This document shows, piece by piece, positions 17,176 through 26,319 of a stretch of DNA of 32,000 nucleotides (positions are counted from its first letter, which is position 1; each line of letters begins with the position of its first letter). Position numbers and translations under genes: made by a program. Under the pieces are notes generated by a model. It worked only from the letters and a program-made list of their open reading frames with translations, was not told where the DNA came from and searched no databases. The DNA comes from Ignicoccus islandicus DSM 13165 (GTDB lineage Archaea > Thermoproteota > Thermoprotei_A > Sulfolobales > Ignicoccaceae), in contig NZ_CP006867.1 of assembly GCF_001481685.1 (NCBI RefSeq), forward strand, positions 720,001-752,000, written 5' to 3'.

Positions 17176-18180
17176 GTGAAGTTTTTGATAGTACTTGGAA
17201 TTGAGAGTACAGCCCATACCTTCGGTGTAGGAATAGCCACTGATAGGAAACCTTATATATTAGCAAATGTTTTCCATACATATGTACCAGAGAAAGGTGG
17301 AATACATCCAAGAGAGGCTGCGCGCCATCACGCTGAATGGGCCCCGAAACTTCTAAGACAAGCTTTGGACGAAGCAAGGATTAGTATTAGAGACGTCGAC
17401 GCAATCGCATATAGCGCAGGTCCGGGATTGGGACCATGCTTGAGAACAGGTGCGGTTGTAGCTAGAGCTCTAGCAGCGAAATACGGAATGCCTCTAGTAC
17501 CAGTTAACCACAGCCTAGCTCACATAGAAATTGCGAGGTTATACACTGGCTTCGAGAGACCTTTGAGCATATACGTTTCGGGAGGAAGCACTATTATCGC
17601 CACTCCCGGACATCGAAGATACAGCGTCTATGGGGAGACCCTAGATATCGGTCTGGGAAACTTGCTAGATACGTTCGCGCGGGAAACCCAGTTAGGTCCA
17701 CCATTCGTGAAGAACGGCGTTCACGTAGTCGAGCTATGTTCCGAAGGAGCGAAGGAACCGTATCCTCTACCTTACACGGTATATGGAGTAGACTTATCGT
17801 TTTCGGGTCTTTTGACAGCCGCATTGAAAGCTTGGCAAAGGGGTTACAGAAGCGAAGTTTGCTACGGGCTCTGGGAAACGGCATACGATATGGTTCTCGA
17901 AATTGCCGAAAGGGCATTGGTTCATAGCAAATTAGAAGAAGTAGTGTTAGTAGGAGGCGTAGCCGGTTCGAAAAGGTTACAAGAGAAAACTACGCTTATG
18001 GTCGAAGAATACGGTGCGCAATACAAACCTATTCCTTATCAATACGCTCGCGATAACGGGGCCATGATAGCGTGGACCGGTTTACTGCTTCTTAAATATG
18101 GTATCAGAGTTAAACCCCTCGAAGCGTTAGTTTATCAGAGATGGCGTTTAGACGAAGTGGAGGTTCCATGGTTAGATTAG
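17176..18180 (+). CDS. kae1: tRNA N6-adenosine threonylcarbamoyltransferase Kae1 (KEOPS catalytic subunit), stand-alone
   Basis: GIESTAHTFGVGI, VNHSLAHIE (metal-binding His pair), YVSGGST, ARDNGAMIAW; 334 aa; GTG start. No fused or adjacent Bud32. Confidence 0.9.
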   Translation: MKFLIVLGIESTAHTFGVGIATDRKPYILANVFHTYVPEKGGIHPREAARHHAEWAPKLLRQALDEARISIRDVDAIAYSAGPGLGPCLRTGAVVARALAAKYGMPLVPVNHSLAHIEIARLYTGFERPLSIYVSGGSTIIATPGHRRYSVYGETLDIGLGNLLDTFARETQLGPPFVKNGVHVVELCSEGAKEPYPLPYTVYGVDLSFSGLLTAALKAWQRGYRSEVCYGLWETAYDMVLEIAERALVHSKLEEVVLVGGVAGSKRLQEKTTLMVEEYGAQYKPIPYQYARDNGAMIAWTGLLLLKYGIRVKPLEALVYQRWRLDEVEVPWLD

Positions 18181-18294
18181 GGAACTTGAAAGGATGTGGG
18201 AGGCCTTTAGGTCTGAACGCGAGATGATGAGGGATCAACCGACCGAAGAAGCGGTTTCGCTTAATATATTCGTTTTAACAACTTCATTTCGGAA

Positions 18295-19449
18295 GTGACT
18301 CAAATGGAAGAGGGGAGAATAAACTTAAACTTAGCGTGGACCTTCCCCCTCGAGAGAGGGACCATATCTCTTAAAGCAAATGATGAGAATACAGTTGCTA
18401 TATCCGTTTCAATGCCTCCCACTAACTTACCTTCTGACATTTCGCAAACTAGGGGTTACGCTTATCTTGTAAGAAGGATAGATGGTAAAATAGTTAGTTG
18501 GAGATACGAGGCTCTCATGGGGTTTAATTGTACAGCATTCGATCCGATGGGTGATAGGGTAATTTACGGTAATGACGATGGTAACCTTTACGTCTTTGAT
18601 TACGAGGGTAATTTAATAGATCAAAGGAATTTCGGATCTCCTATTCATGCATGCGTCTTCTCTGCGGACGGTAAAAGGCTAGCAATATCTCTAGAAGGCG
18701 AAGGAGGAGATAAGGTAAGCGTTTTGGATTCAAGTTTGGAGTACCTATGGGAGTTTCTCGCTAACGATAACGTATGGAGCATGGCTTGGAAAGACGACGT
18801 CCTAGCTGTTGCTAGCCACGATGGAAACGTATACTTGGTCAAGAAACCAACGATTATTTGGAAGGAGGAGGTAGCTGAAGCTGTTAATAGAGTGAGTTGG
18901 TGCGGTAACAAGCTGGCTGTAAGCACTTTCAAGCCCGGATCCATTATAGTTTACGACACAACAGATATAGAGAAACCGGTGAGGGTTATGGAATACTATT
19001 CGGGTCTCGAAAACGTTTGGGGCCTCGATTTCGATACGGACTGCAAATTGATTGCGTTCGGTGATCTCATTACTAAGAGATTTGGAATCATTGACTTAGA
19101 AGGGAACTTGATCGTTAATAAGCACTTAAATGATGGAATTCAATCCTTGTCATGGGAAGAATCCAACATATTCTTGGCTCATAACTCTCTATGGGTTCTG
19201 AGTGTTGAGAAGTGTACTCCCCTTTCCAAGGCGGGGGTCCTAATAGATCACGTAGTTACAATATCGTTTAAACTAGAAGAGAGTGATGTTGCGGAGATAT
19301 CCAGCGTTCTCCATCACCTCCTAGGAAGTCCACGGTACGTATATGTTAATGATAAACTCTTGAAGGTAAGTGTTGTTAAGGGTGATCACCTTTACATAAA
19401 GTCTCCCTTCGAAGGGGAAGTTGAAGTTAAGAGGGTGAGAGAAGTTTGA
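18295..19449 (+). CDS. Cytoplasmic beta-propeller (WD40/PQQ-like) repeat protein with a small C-terminal domain
   Basis: Recurrent blade-like motifs: YGNDDGNLYVFDYEGNLI, FSADGKRLAIS, ASHDGNVYLV, AFGDLITKRFGIIDLEGNLI. No signal peptide. Start GTG 18295 or ATG 18304. Confidence 0.55.
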   Translation: MTQMEEGRINLNLAWTFPLERGTISLKANDENTVAISVSMPPTNLPSDISQTRGYAYLVRRIDGKIVSWRYEALMGFNCTAFDPMGDRVIYGNDDGNLYVFDYEGNLIDQRNFGSPIHACVFSADGKRLAISLEGEGGDKVSVLDSSLEYLWEFLANDNVWSMAWKDDVLAVASHDGNVYLVKKPTIIWKEEVAEAVNRVSWCGNKLAVSTFKPGSIIVYDTTDIEKPVRVMEYYSGLENVWGLDFDTDCKLIAFGDLITKRFGIIDLEGNLIVNKHLNDGIQSLSWEESNIFLAHNSLWVLSVEKCTPLSKAGVLIDHVVTISFKLEESDVAEISSVLHHLLGSPRYVYVNDKLLKVSVVKGDHLYIKSPFEGEVEVKRVREV

Positions 19450-19841
19450 TGAAATTAAGCAAAGAGAAGGCGGAAGAAATTGCTTCCACGCTAAACTATC
19501 GGTGGCCTGACGAAACCGTAGTAGCAGTTGCACAGGAATACCTAAGCGGCAAGGTTCTCATGGTTGCTTCAATGAATAAGGAAGCAGTTATAAGAACTTT
19601 AACCACTGGGGTAGTTCACTACTGGAGTAAAAGTAGGAAAGAGCTGTGGATAAAGGGAGCGACGAGCGGTCATATTCAAGTGTTAGAGAAGTTCTATATT
19701 GATTGTGATAGGGATTCGGTTCTACTGATTGTACGCCAAGCATCTCTAAAGGCTTGCCACGAAGGGTATCACTCATGTTTCCATTATGAAGTAAAAGAAG
19801 ATGGAATCCAAGTTAACGATCAAATTCATTATAAAGAGTAA
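19449..19841 (+). CDS. hisI: Phosphoribosyl-AMP cyclohydrolase (monofunctional HisI)
   Basis: GKVLMVASMN, WSKSRKELWIKGATSGH, IDCDRDSVLL, CHEGYHSCF. ATG 19449 shares one base with the upstream TGA (TGATG); the track start TTG 19446 is an alternative. Confidence 0.85.
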   Translation: MKLSKEKAEEIASTLNYRWPDETVVAVAQEYLSGKVLMVASMNKEAVIRTLTTGVVHYWSKSRKELWIKGATSGHIQVLEKFYIDCDRDSVLLIVRQASLKACHEGYHSCFHYEVKEDGIQVNDQIHYKE

Positions 19842-19903
19842 AGGGTATTGACCTCGCTAACCACATTAATATTTCCTAGCGATATTAAAGTGACGAGGAA
19901 GGA

Positions 19904-20659
19904 GTGACAGTGACGGCGGTCGATAAGGTACTGCTGGATAATAGGGGTAAGAACGTATTCATCTTGTTAGATCCGGATAAAGTCCTTAAAGAAAAGGATA
20001 CGTATGCAAAGAACCTTCAACGGGCTTGCAGCGGAATCGCGTCGGTCTTGGTTGGAGGAAGTACAGGTTTTTCCCAATGCGAGGTAAACGAGACCATAGA
20101 CCTCGTGAGGTCCGTTTGCAATAAACCAGTGATAATATTTCCCGGATCTCCAGCGCACGTTACGCCTAAGGCCGACGCTATATTATTCATGAGCCTACTT
20201 AATTCCAGGAAAACGAAGTTCATAATAGAGGATCAATTGGAAGGTTCTTTACTAGTATGGAAATATGGCTTAGAAGCGCTTCCTACAGCTTATCTGATTG
20301 TGGGTGAAGGCGGTACTGCTGGATGGATAGGTGATGCTAATCCAATACCGTTCGAGAAACCGGAAATACTATTAATGTACGTATTAGCTGCGAAGTACCT
20401 AGGCTTTAAGTACGTATACATAGAGGCCGGAAGCGGGGCGAAGAGACACGTTCCCCCTGAAATGGTCAAAGCAGTTAAGAATGTGGTCGGAAACGACGTC
20501 TTCTTGATAGTTGGCGGCGGGATAAGAACCATTGAGACAGCTAAATCCTTACTGAACGCCGGAGCTGACGGAATAGTCTTAGGTACGCTTTTTGAAAGAG
20601 ATCCCGATAGGGCGATTGAAATAATTAATTCTATTACTCGGGAAAAATCTATGAGATGA
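19904..20659 (+). CDS. Geranylgeranylglyceryl phosphate synthase (PcrB/GGGPS family)
   Basis: LLDPDK near the N-terminus, VGGSTG, YIEAGSGA, VGGGIR: TIM-barrel GGGPS pattern. GTG start preceded by GAGGAAGGAG. Confidence 0.8.
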   Translation: MTVTAVDKVLLDNRGKNVFILLDPDKVLKEKDTYAKNLQRACSGIASVLVGGSTGFSQCEVNETIDLVRSVCNKPVIIFPGSPAHVTPKADAILFMSLLNSRKTKFIIEDQLEGSLLVWKYGLEALPTAYLIVGEGGTAGWIGDANPIPFEKPEILLMYVLAAKYLGFKYVYIEAGSGAKRHVPPEMVKAVKNVVGNDVFLIVGGGIRTIETAKSLLNAGADGIVLGTLFERDPDRAIEIINSITREKSMR

Positions 20660-20684
20660 ACGATTACGCTATTAATCCCTTTTA

Positions 20685-21761
20685 TTGGATGCCGTGCCGG
20701 TAGTGGGAATGGAGTGTAACAAGAGGAAGTGGTTAAGCCTCTTAAAAGCGTACAAGTTACCGGAAAAGCCTCCTAGAGTCAAGGCCAGACTTCACTTAAA
20801 TGAGAATCCATATCCCCCACCTAGAGAGGTGGTTGAGGCGGCTTACGAAGCCGTGAAACATGGAAACCTCTACCCCGATCCCGAACGATACTTCCTTCTA
20901 AGGGAATTAGCAGCAAATTTCTATTCCTTACCAGGACCTGAGTGGATCTTACCTACCTTAGGTAGCGATACTGCCCTTAAGTTATTCTTTGAAGTATGTG
21001 CTCTAGGTTCAAATGCAGTCTTCCCTTCCCCTAGCTTCCAAGCTTATCCTCACTTAGCCAGCACCTCCAACACTACCATGGTATATTCAAATTTAATCGA
21101 GGGTGAGGACGACTTTGAACTAGATCTAAATGACTTCTTAAGTAAGGATGCAGAGGCGGCAGTGATCGATAGCCCCAATAATCCAACCGGATCCATTTTA
21201 ATAAATGAAGACGATTTAGAGAAGTTATCCAAAAAATTCAAGGTTGTTCTAATTGATGAGGCTTACGCTGAATTCAAACCCAAAGAGTTGACGAAATTAG
21301 TCACTAATCATGAGAATATTCTATTTACAAGAACAATGAGCAAAGTCTTTGGATTGGCCGGATTTCGCGTTGGTTTCCTAATAGGAAATCCTGAGTACAT
21401 TGAGGAAATTTCAAAGTTATTGCTACCTTACGATATGCCTTCCCCCTCGGTAGAAGCGGCTATATCAGCGCTCCGTCATAGCAATTACATCAATGACTAT
21501 CTGAGTTACGTCGAAAAGGAGAAGGAAAGGTTATATGAGGTAGTTAGATCTCTTGGATGGAAACCTTTCAAGAGCTATACCAATTTCGTCCTAGTCAAGA
21601 CGAACGTAAAGGACATTGTAAACAAGTTTAAGGAAAAAGGTGTGATGGTTAGAGGTGTGCCACTGGGGAACGAGTGGTTTAGAGTTAGTATTGGGAAGCC
21701 GGAAGAAATGGAAACGTTCTACGAGGTCGCTGAGGAAATTTCTAGTCACCTTCCTTCCTGA
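20685..21761 (+). CDS. hisC: Histidinol-phosphate aminotransferase
   Basis: LNENPYPPP, DSPNNPTGS, MSKVFGLAGFRVGF (PLP lysine). Start TTG 20685 or ATG 20709. The 3' end overlaps the convergent cupin gene by 20 nt. Confidence 0.85.
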   Translation: MDAVPVVGMECNKRKWLSLLKAYKLPEKPPRVKARLHLNENPYPPPREVVEAAYEAVKHGNLYPDPERYFLLRELAANFYSLPGPEWILPTLGSDTALKLFFEVCALGSNAVFPSPSFQAYPHLASTSNTTMVYSNLIEGEDDFELDLNDFLSKDAEAAVIDSPNNPTGSILINEDDLEKLSKKFKVVLIDEAYAEFKPKELTKLVTNHENILFTRTMSKVFGLAGFRVGFLIGNPEYIEEISKLLLPYDMPSPSVEAAISALRHSNYINDYLSYVEKEKERLYEVVRSLGWKPFKSYTNFVLVKTNVKDIVNKFKEKGVMVRGVPLGNEWFRVSIGKPEEMETFYEVAEEISSHLPS

Positions 21762-22146
21762 GGGCAGCGTAAGGGTCCTCTACCCTCACTCTCTCATTCA
21801 ATGGCTGCGTCGAAACTTCTATGAGTCTCACGTCTTCTAATGCAATCAATTGATGGACTGTGAAGGGCCTTATCGTTACGGCCTCTCCTTCTTCTAAGAC
21901 GTATTCCTCATTTCCGCTCTTTATCTTCAACCTTCCTTTATCGACGTAAATGGTTTCTTTTTTCATCCTATGATAATGCACGCTCGTTGAATAACCCTTC
22001 TTTATTTCTAGAATTTTTCCACCGTACTCTTCCTCGTCTGCAATCCATATTTCCCTACCCCAAGGCTTTTCAACAATCCTTGCCTTCTTTATGTCAGAAG
22101 CTGAGACAGTCCTCAATTGCGCGCTTTCCATATGAAAGTCCCTCAC
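21742..22146 (-). CDS. Small cupin-domain protein (mannose-6-phosphate-isomerase-like)
   Basis: KPWGREIW ... GYSTSVHYHRMKKETIYVDKGRL ... H at FTVHQL: cupin metal-site pattern. Start ATG 22146 or 22131. Confidence 0.65.
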   Translation of the reverse strand: MRDFHMESAQLRTVSASDIKKARIVEKPWGREIWIADEEEYGGKILEIKKGYSTSVHYHRMKKETIYVDKGRLKIKSGNEEYVLEEGEAVTIRPFTVHQLIALEDVRLIEVSTQPLNERVRVEDPYAALRKEGD

Positions 22147-22197
22147 TGTAAGTTTATTCGATATAGTTTTATTTTAGTGGAAGGGTTTCAGTCGACT

Positions 22198-22785
22198 TTG
22201 ATAACCAAGAAAGCATTGGAACTGGAACTTGAAAAAGTACTGGACGTAAAGGGGTCTTTAGGCATTAAGTACGAGCAATACGTGACCCCCTCGAACATTG
22301 CGGCTGACGTACTATGGAGAGCTTTTCTCAACGGCGACGTTAGCGGGAAGGTGGTAGCAGACCTAGGTTGTGGTACTGGAAAGTTCTCCTATGGCGTAGA
22401 GTTGCTAGGTGGGAGGGGAATCTGCGTAGAGGTAGACTGGAGCTTGCTTTCTAAGTCTCCCACAAAAGAAAAGGTTAGGGCATATGTGCCATTCGTTCCT
22501 TTGAGGAGCATAGATACGGTAATAATGAATCCTCCATTTGGTACCAAGAAGGAGAAGGCTGACAGACCGTTCTGGATGGCTGCACTAGCTATTTCCAAGT
22601 CCGTATATAGCTTGCAGCCGAGTTCCCCTAGTCTGTTTAAAGTTATTTCTAATAGGGCCTCGAAAGCTGGTTTCGAGTGCGAAGTCCTAGCTCTGTATAA
22701 GTTTCCTCTCAAAATGAGATACGAGTTTCACCGAAGTAGGGTGAGAGTAATTGAGACGGCGCTTTACTATTGCAGAAAGGTTTAA
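22198..22785 (+). CDS. SAM-dependent RNA methyltransferase, NPPF type (COG2263/METTL5-like)
   Basis: Motif I VADLGCGTGKF and motif IV VIMNPPFG. The track ORF opens at 22117, which would overlap the divergent cupin gene. In-frame TTG 22198 (or GTG 22177) after the AT-rich TTTTATTTTA fits a ~195-aa enzyme better. Confidence 0.65.
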   Translation: MITKKALELELEKVLDVKGSLGIKYEQYVTPSNIAADVLWRAFLNGDVSGKVVADLGCGTGKFSYGVELLGGRGICVEVDWSLLSKSPTKEKVRAYVPFVPLRSIDTVIMNPPFGTKKEKADRPFWMAALAISKSVYSLQPSSPSLFKVISNRASKAGFECEVLALYKFPLKMRYEFHRSRVRVIETALYYCRKV

Positions 22786-23878
22786 ATATGGTGAATTAAT
22801 AAAAGAGGACCTCAGTTCCCAAGGAAACTTAAATGAAATATTGGAATCCCTCTTGAGTCCAGGGAAACACCTCTGCGTAAGGGTTAACCGACTCAAAGCG
22901 AAACCAGAGGACGTCATGTACGAGATGGAATTAAAGGGTTTCAAGCCATACCAACCGTACAAGGAACTTGAAGAATTAGTCTGCGTTAAAGTTGAAGGCC
23001 CTTTCGAAATACCTATCTTAGATTCTTATATTATAGCAGATAAGCGCGCAGCGGAAAGCGTATACATTGGAGCTAATTTATACGCGCCTGGCATCATCTC
23101 TATGAAAAATGTAAAGGAAGGAAAAGAAGTAACAATTCTTTCAGAGAGAACGATGGATCCGGTAGGCATTGGCTTTGCGAAGATTTCCGAGAAAGCTCCT
23201 AGAGGCTTAGCAGTGGAAGTTACAATGAGCGTCTATAAAGCTCCTAAGTTTAGGGAACTAGAAGCGTTTAAGAAAGGCGGAATTTACCCGCAAAGCGCAC
23301 CGGCCGTTGCAGCCGTTAAGGCTCTCCAGCCACGAGGTCTAATTGTTGATCTCAATGCCGCGCCAGGCGGTAAGAGTTTTCACGCATACGAACTTTCAAA
23401 AGGGAAAGTGATATCTGTCGATATATCCCGAAAGCGATTAAGTAAAATGATTGAGGAAATGAAGCGATTAGGTCATAATATAGAAATAATAAGAGAAGAC
23501 GGACGATATTTCGATCTCAAGCACCCGGAGCTCTTGGGTAAGGTAGACAGAGTAATAGTGGATCCACCTTGTACCAGCATCGGAGTCGTTCCTAAGTTGT
23601 GGGATGAGAAGAGCGACGAAGACTTAATAAACGCCTATAACTATCAAGTTCAGTTCGTTAAGGTTGCTTACAGACTACTTAAGAAGGGAGGTCTAATGTT
23701 GTATTCAACGTGCACAATCACTAGAAAAGAGAACGAAGAAGTTATAGAGTTTGCCAAACGGTTGGGCTTTGAAGTGTTAGAAATCGAAACCCCTTGGGGC
23801 AAAACGCCTATTAAAGTGTTTCCTCATATGCACAAAGAACCTGGATTCTTTATTTCAATATTAAGGAAAAAGGTTTAG
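22751..23878 (+). CDS. RNA (tRNA/rRNA) cytosine-C5 methyltransferase with PUA-like domain (NOL1/NOP2/Sun family, NSun6/Trm4-like)
   Basis: DLNAAPGGKS (SAM), DPPCTSIG (motif IV Cys) and YSTCTI (motif VI Cys), preceded by a PUA-like segment EVTILSERTMDPVGIGFAKI. The TTG start overlaps the upstream methyltransferase by 35 nt. Confidence 0.8.
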   Translation: MRRRFTIAERFKYGELIKEDLSSQGNLNEILESLLSPGKHLCVRVNRLKAKPEDVMYEMELKGFKPYQPYKELEELVCVKVEGPFEIPILDSYIIADKRAAESVYIGANLYAPGIISMKNVKEGKEVTILSERTMDPVGIGFAKISEKAPRGLAVEVTMSVYKAPKFRELEAFKKGGIYPQSAPAVAAVKALQPRGLIVDLNAAPGGKSFHAYELSKGKVISVDISRKRLSKMIEEMKRLGHNIEIIREDGRYFDLKHPELLGKVDRVIVDPPCTSIGVVPKLWDEKSDEDLINAYNYQVQFVKVAYRLLKKGGLMLYSTCTITRKENEEVIEFAKRLGFEVLEIETPWGKTPIKVFPHMHKEPGFFISILRKKV

Positions 23879-23959
23879 CAATCTAATCGAGATAATGGGT
23901 TACTTGTTTACACTATATTAATAAGTCCATTTAGCGTGATTTACTGCTGAGGAGTAAAC

Positions 23960-24430
23960 ATGAAACTCGAGACTAGTGGTAGAGATTTAGGTTACGATTC
24001 AAACCAATCGTCTCAACCGGAGATAGTGAAAGTAATTTCTGAGTGCATTGAGAAGTTGAAGGAGTTGCATGAAAACTATTCGAATAAGAGGTTTACGCCA
24101 CAAGAGTTAAAGGACAAGCTAAGCGAGATCAGACCGAAAATGGAGCTTCTTACTTCCAAGTGGGTTCCAGATATACTTTACGCATTACTCCTAAGCGGTG
24201 GGATGGGATTCAACGAACTTAAGCACACTTTGGGCATGTCCTCAAGGGTACTATCTGATAAACTACAAGAGCTGGTTAAGAACGGACTAGTAGTTAAGGA
24301 GGAGGTTGATGGTCCAGGAACCAAGAGAGTAAAGTATAGGTTAACGAGCGTTGGTAAGGAGGTAGTATTCTCCTTAACCCCTTTCTTGCTTGGTATATAC
24401 CTAGCTGGCAACGAAGGCTGTAAGAATTAA
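23960..24430 (+). CDS. HxlR-type winged-helix transcriptional regulator with ~65-aa N-terminal extension
   Basis: KWVPDILYALLLSGGMGFNELKHTLGMSSRVLSDKLQELVKNGLV matches the HxlR family core. ATG preceded by GAGGAG. Confidence 0.7.
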   Translation: MKLETSGRDLGYDSNQSSQPEIVKVISECIEKLKELHENYSNKRFTPQELKDKLSEIRPKMELLTSKWVPDILYALLLSGGMGFNELKHTLGMSSRVLSDKLQELVKNGLVVKEEVDGPGTKRVKYRLTSVGKEVVFSLTPFLLGIYLAGNEGCKN

Positions 24431-25509
24431 CTAACTAATAACTTTTCTCTAAGAAGCGCTACATTACTCCACGAAGTCTCTTGGGCGTATCTCCATAACT
24501 TACCCCATACGTCTTCTTGAACACCCTTCTCTATTAAGGTCTTCATTTTTTCGACGTTCCCTACGGGAAAAGTAACTTCCTTAGCTACCTCCCAACACTC
24601 TATCAACCGCTGAACCCTGGAACATATTGGTTTGCCCTCACTCCCTATTACCGTATGAAGTGCACCGGAAATTCCGTAATCGTTAGGATAGTCTCTATAG
24701 GGCATCAAGACGTAGTCCGCGAGTCTAATTAGAGCCCCTAGTTCGCCCCTACTTAGGTACCTCTCAATTAGTACGACCCTACCTTTGCCTAACTTACGTT
24801 TGACCTCGTTTATCGCCTCATAGTCTCTTTCAGTGAGGGGTTTTCCCGCTAAGATCAACGTCCCTTCCCTTATCTTCTTTATTAGCGTTAATGCCTCCTC
24901 TAAACCTTTATCTCTCCTTAGGAGTCCGTACAACAACAGTACTGGTCTGTGAAACTCCACCTCGACTCTTGAGGCGGTTAGGGTCTCGCTTCCGTGAGGT
25001 ATTATTACCGTTTTCTCTAAATTATCGATCATTTTCGATAACGCTATTTCTTGGATCGCATGGTGAAGCAGTATTACATCGCTAATCTCAGCAATTTCTT
25101 TATGTAGTAAAATCCAATGTTCGTTGTATCTTACTCGAACAGTGTGGATAGTGGAGACTAAAACGTCCGCGAACGGCCTCACGTATCTCAGTAACCAAGA
25201 TGCCCTAGAGTCCAATGGAATAGTGGGCCATAATCCGTATTCCAGCTGTATCTCGAGGTAATCGAATGGCCCTAATTCCTCGACGCTTTCAGCTATTTGG
25301 TGATGGTAGCGTTGGCTCCCCCTTACCCAACTTCTAATAACCTTCACTCCATCCACAACCTCTTCCTCCGGAGCATTGTCCCATTTAGTCGCGATCACGA
25401 CGACTTCGTGACCTCTTTCAGACAATGCCTTAGATAATGAGAACGCGTATTCTCCTATACCGCAAGGCATTGGAGGAAACGAGGACACAATACCTATTCT
25501 CATTTTCAA
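24427..25509 (-). CDS. Glycosyltransferase, GT-B fold (GT4-like)
   Basis: N-terminal IGIVSSFPPMPCGIGEYAFSL and C-terminal LMPYRD...GISGALHTVIGSEGKPIC region typical of group 1 glycosyltransferases; 360 aa. Confidence 0.7.
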   Translation of the reverse strand: MKMRIGIVSSFPPMPCGIGEYAFSLSKALSERGHEVVVIATKWDNAPEEEVVDGVKVIRSWVRGSQRYHHQIAESVEELGPFDYLEIQLEYGLWPTIPLDSRASWLLRYVRPFADVLVSTIHTVRVRYNEHWILLHKEIAEISDVILLHHAIQEIALSKMIDNLEKTVIIPHGSETLTASRVEVEFHRPVLLLYGLLRRDKGLEEALTLIKKIREGTLILAGKPLTERDYEAINEVKRKLGKGRVVLIERYLSRGELGALIRLADYVLMPYRDYPNDYGISGALHTVIGSEGKPICSRVQRLIECWEVAKEVTFPVGNVEKMKTLIEKGVQEDVWGKLWRYAQETSWSNVALLREKLLVS

Positions 25510-25578
25510 TCGTCCACGAATTAGCTCGTCCCCTAGCTTAATACCCCTTGAAGGTCGAAGGCAGAAGGGATCAACGGA

Positions 25579-26319
25579 GTGAAGGCTGAGGAAATAGCTA
25601 AGGAAATAGAGAACCGACTAGGCTTGAAAACCTCAATAGAAAGCGATTCAATAATTATAAGCGATGGAATAGATAGCGTGAAGGCAAAGCCTAGCGAGCT
25701 GTTAATGTCAATTGCGTTGTGGGTAGAACCTAAGAAGGCTTGGAGCGTCCTGAAGATACTTTACGGAAGTCAGAGCGTTGCCTATGAAGCTTACGAAGAG
25801 TATAAAGAATTACCTTATTCCCCGACTGGGAAAACTTGTTGGCTCTACAAAGCATTGGCCAAAGCGGTTGAACAAAGGATCGGAGGAGTTCCTAAGAGTA
25901 AGGTATTGCGTCAGCTGGAAGACAAGGTCTATAGGAGATGGCCTAACGTTTGCGGAGAGATAGATGCTCAAACTGAAGTGACGAAATTGGTAACCGAACT
26001 CAACTCGCTCGGAATATCTTCATCGCTAACAGTGGATGGAAACCAGTTAACGTTAAGGATAGGAAGCAGAAGTTTAACTTTAGAAAGAAGGTCGCCTATC
26101 TCACTGTTACTGGTTAAAGAACTAAGGAAGTTAGCTAACGAAGACTTGGAGTTGCTTAAGGAACTCATTGAGATCGGAAATAAGGGAGGTTGCGAAGGCC
26201 TAGTGTCAAGGGTTTTAATAAGGAAAAAACTAGCTAAGTACCCAACTATAAGGTCAATGCTTGAAAACGAGATAGAGGAAATAGCTAGGGATCTAAGACC
26301 AATTACTCGTACTCAATAG
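25579..26319 (+). CDS. Hypothetical protein, 246 aa
   Basis: Clean ORF with GTG start filling the gap between the GT gene and guaA. No motif recognised. The 3' end overlaps guaA by 17 nt. Confidence 0.45.
   Translation: MKAEEIAKEIENRLGLKTSIESDSIIISDGIDSVKAKPSELLMSIALWVEPKKAWSVLKILYGSQSVAYEAYEEYKELPYSPTGKTCWLYKALAKAVEQRIGGVPKSKVLRQLEDKVYRRWPNVCGEIDAQTEVTKLVTELNSLGISSSLTVDGNQLTLRIGSRSLTLERRSPISLLLVKELRKLANEDLELLKELIEIGNKGGCEGLVSRVLIRKKLAKYPTIRSMLENEIEEIARDLRPITRTQ

Noticed and set aside
18181-18294. C/D-box sRNA candidate: AUGAUGA (C box) at about 18224-18230 in the kae1 downstream spacer
   Set aside because: No CUGA D box or C'/D' pair at a suitable distance downstream on either strand. The only CUGA lies 7 nt upstream of the C box. 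A 34-codon ORF in the same spacer has no support either.
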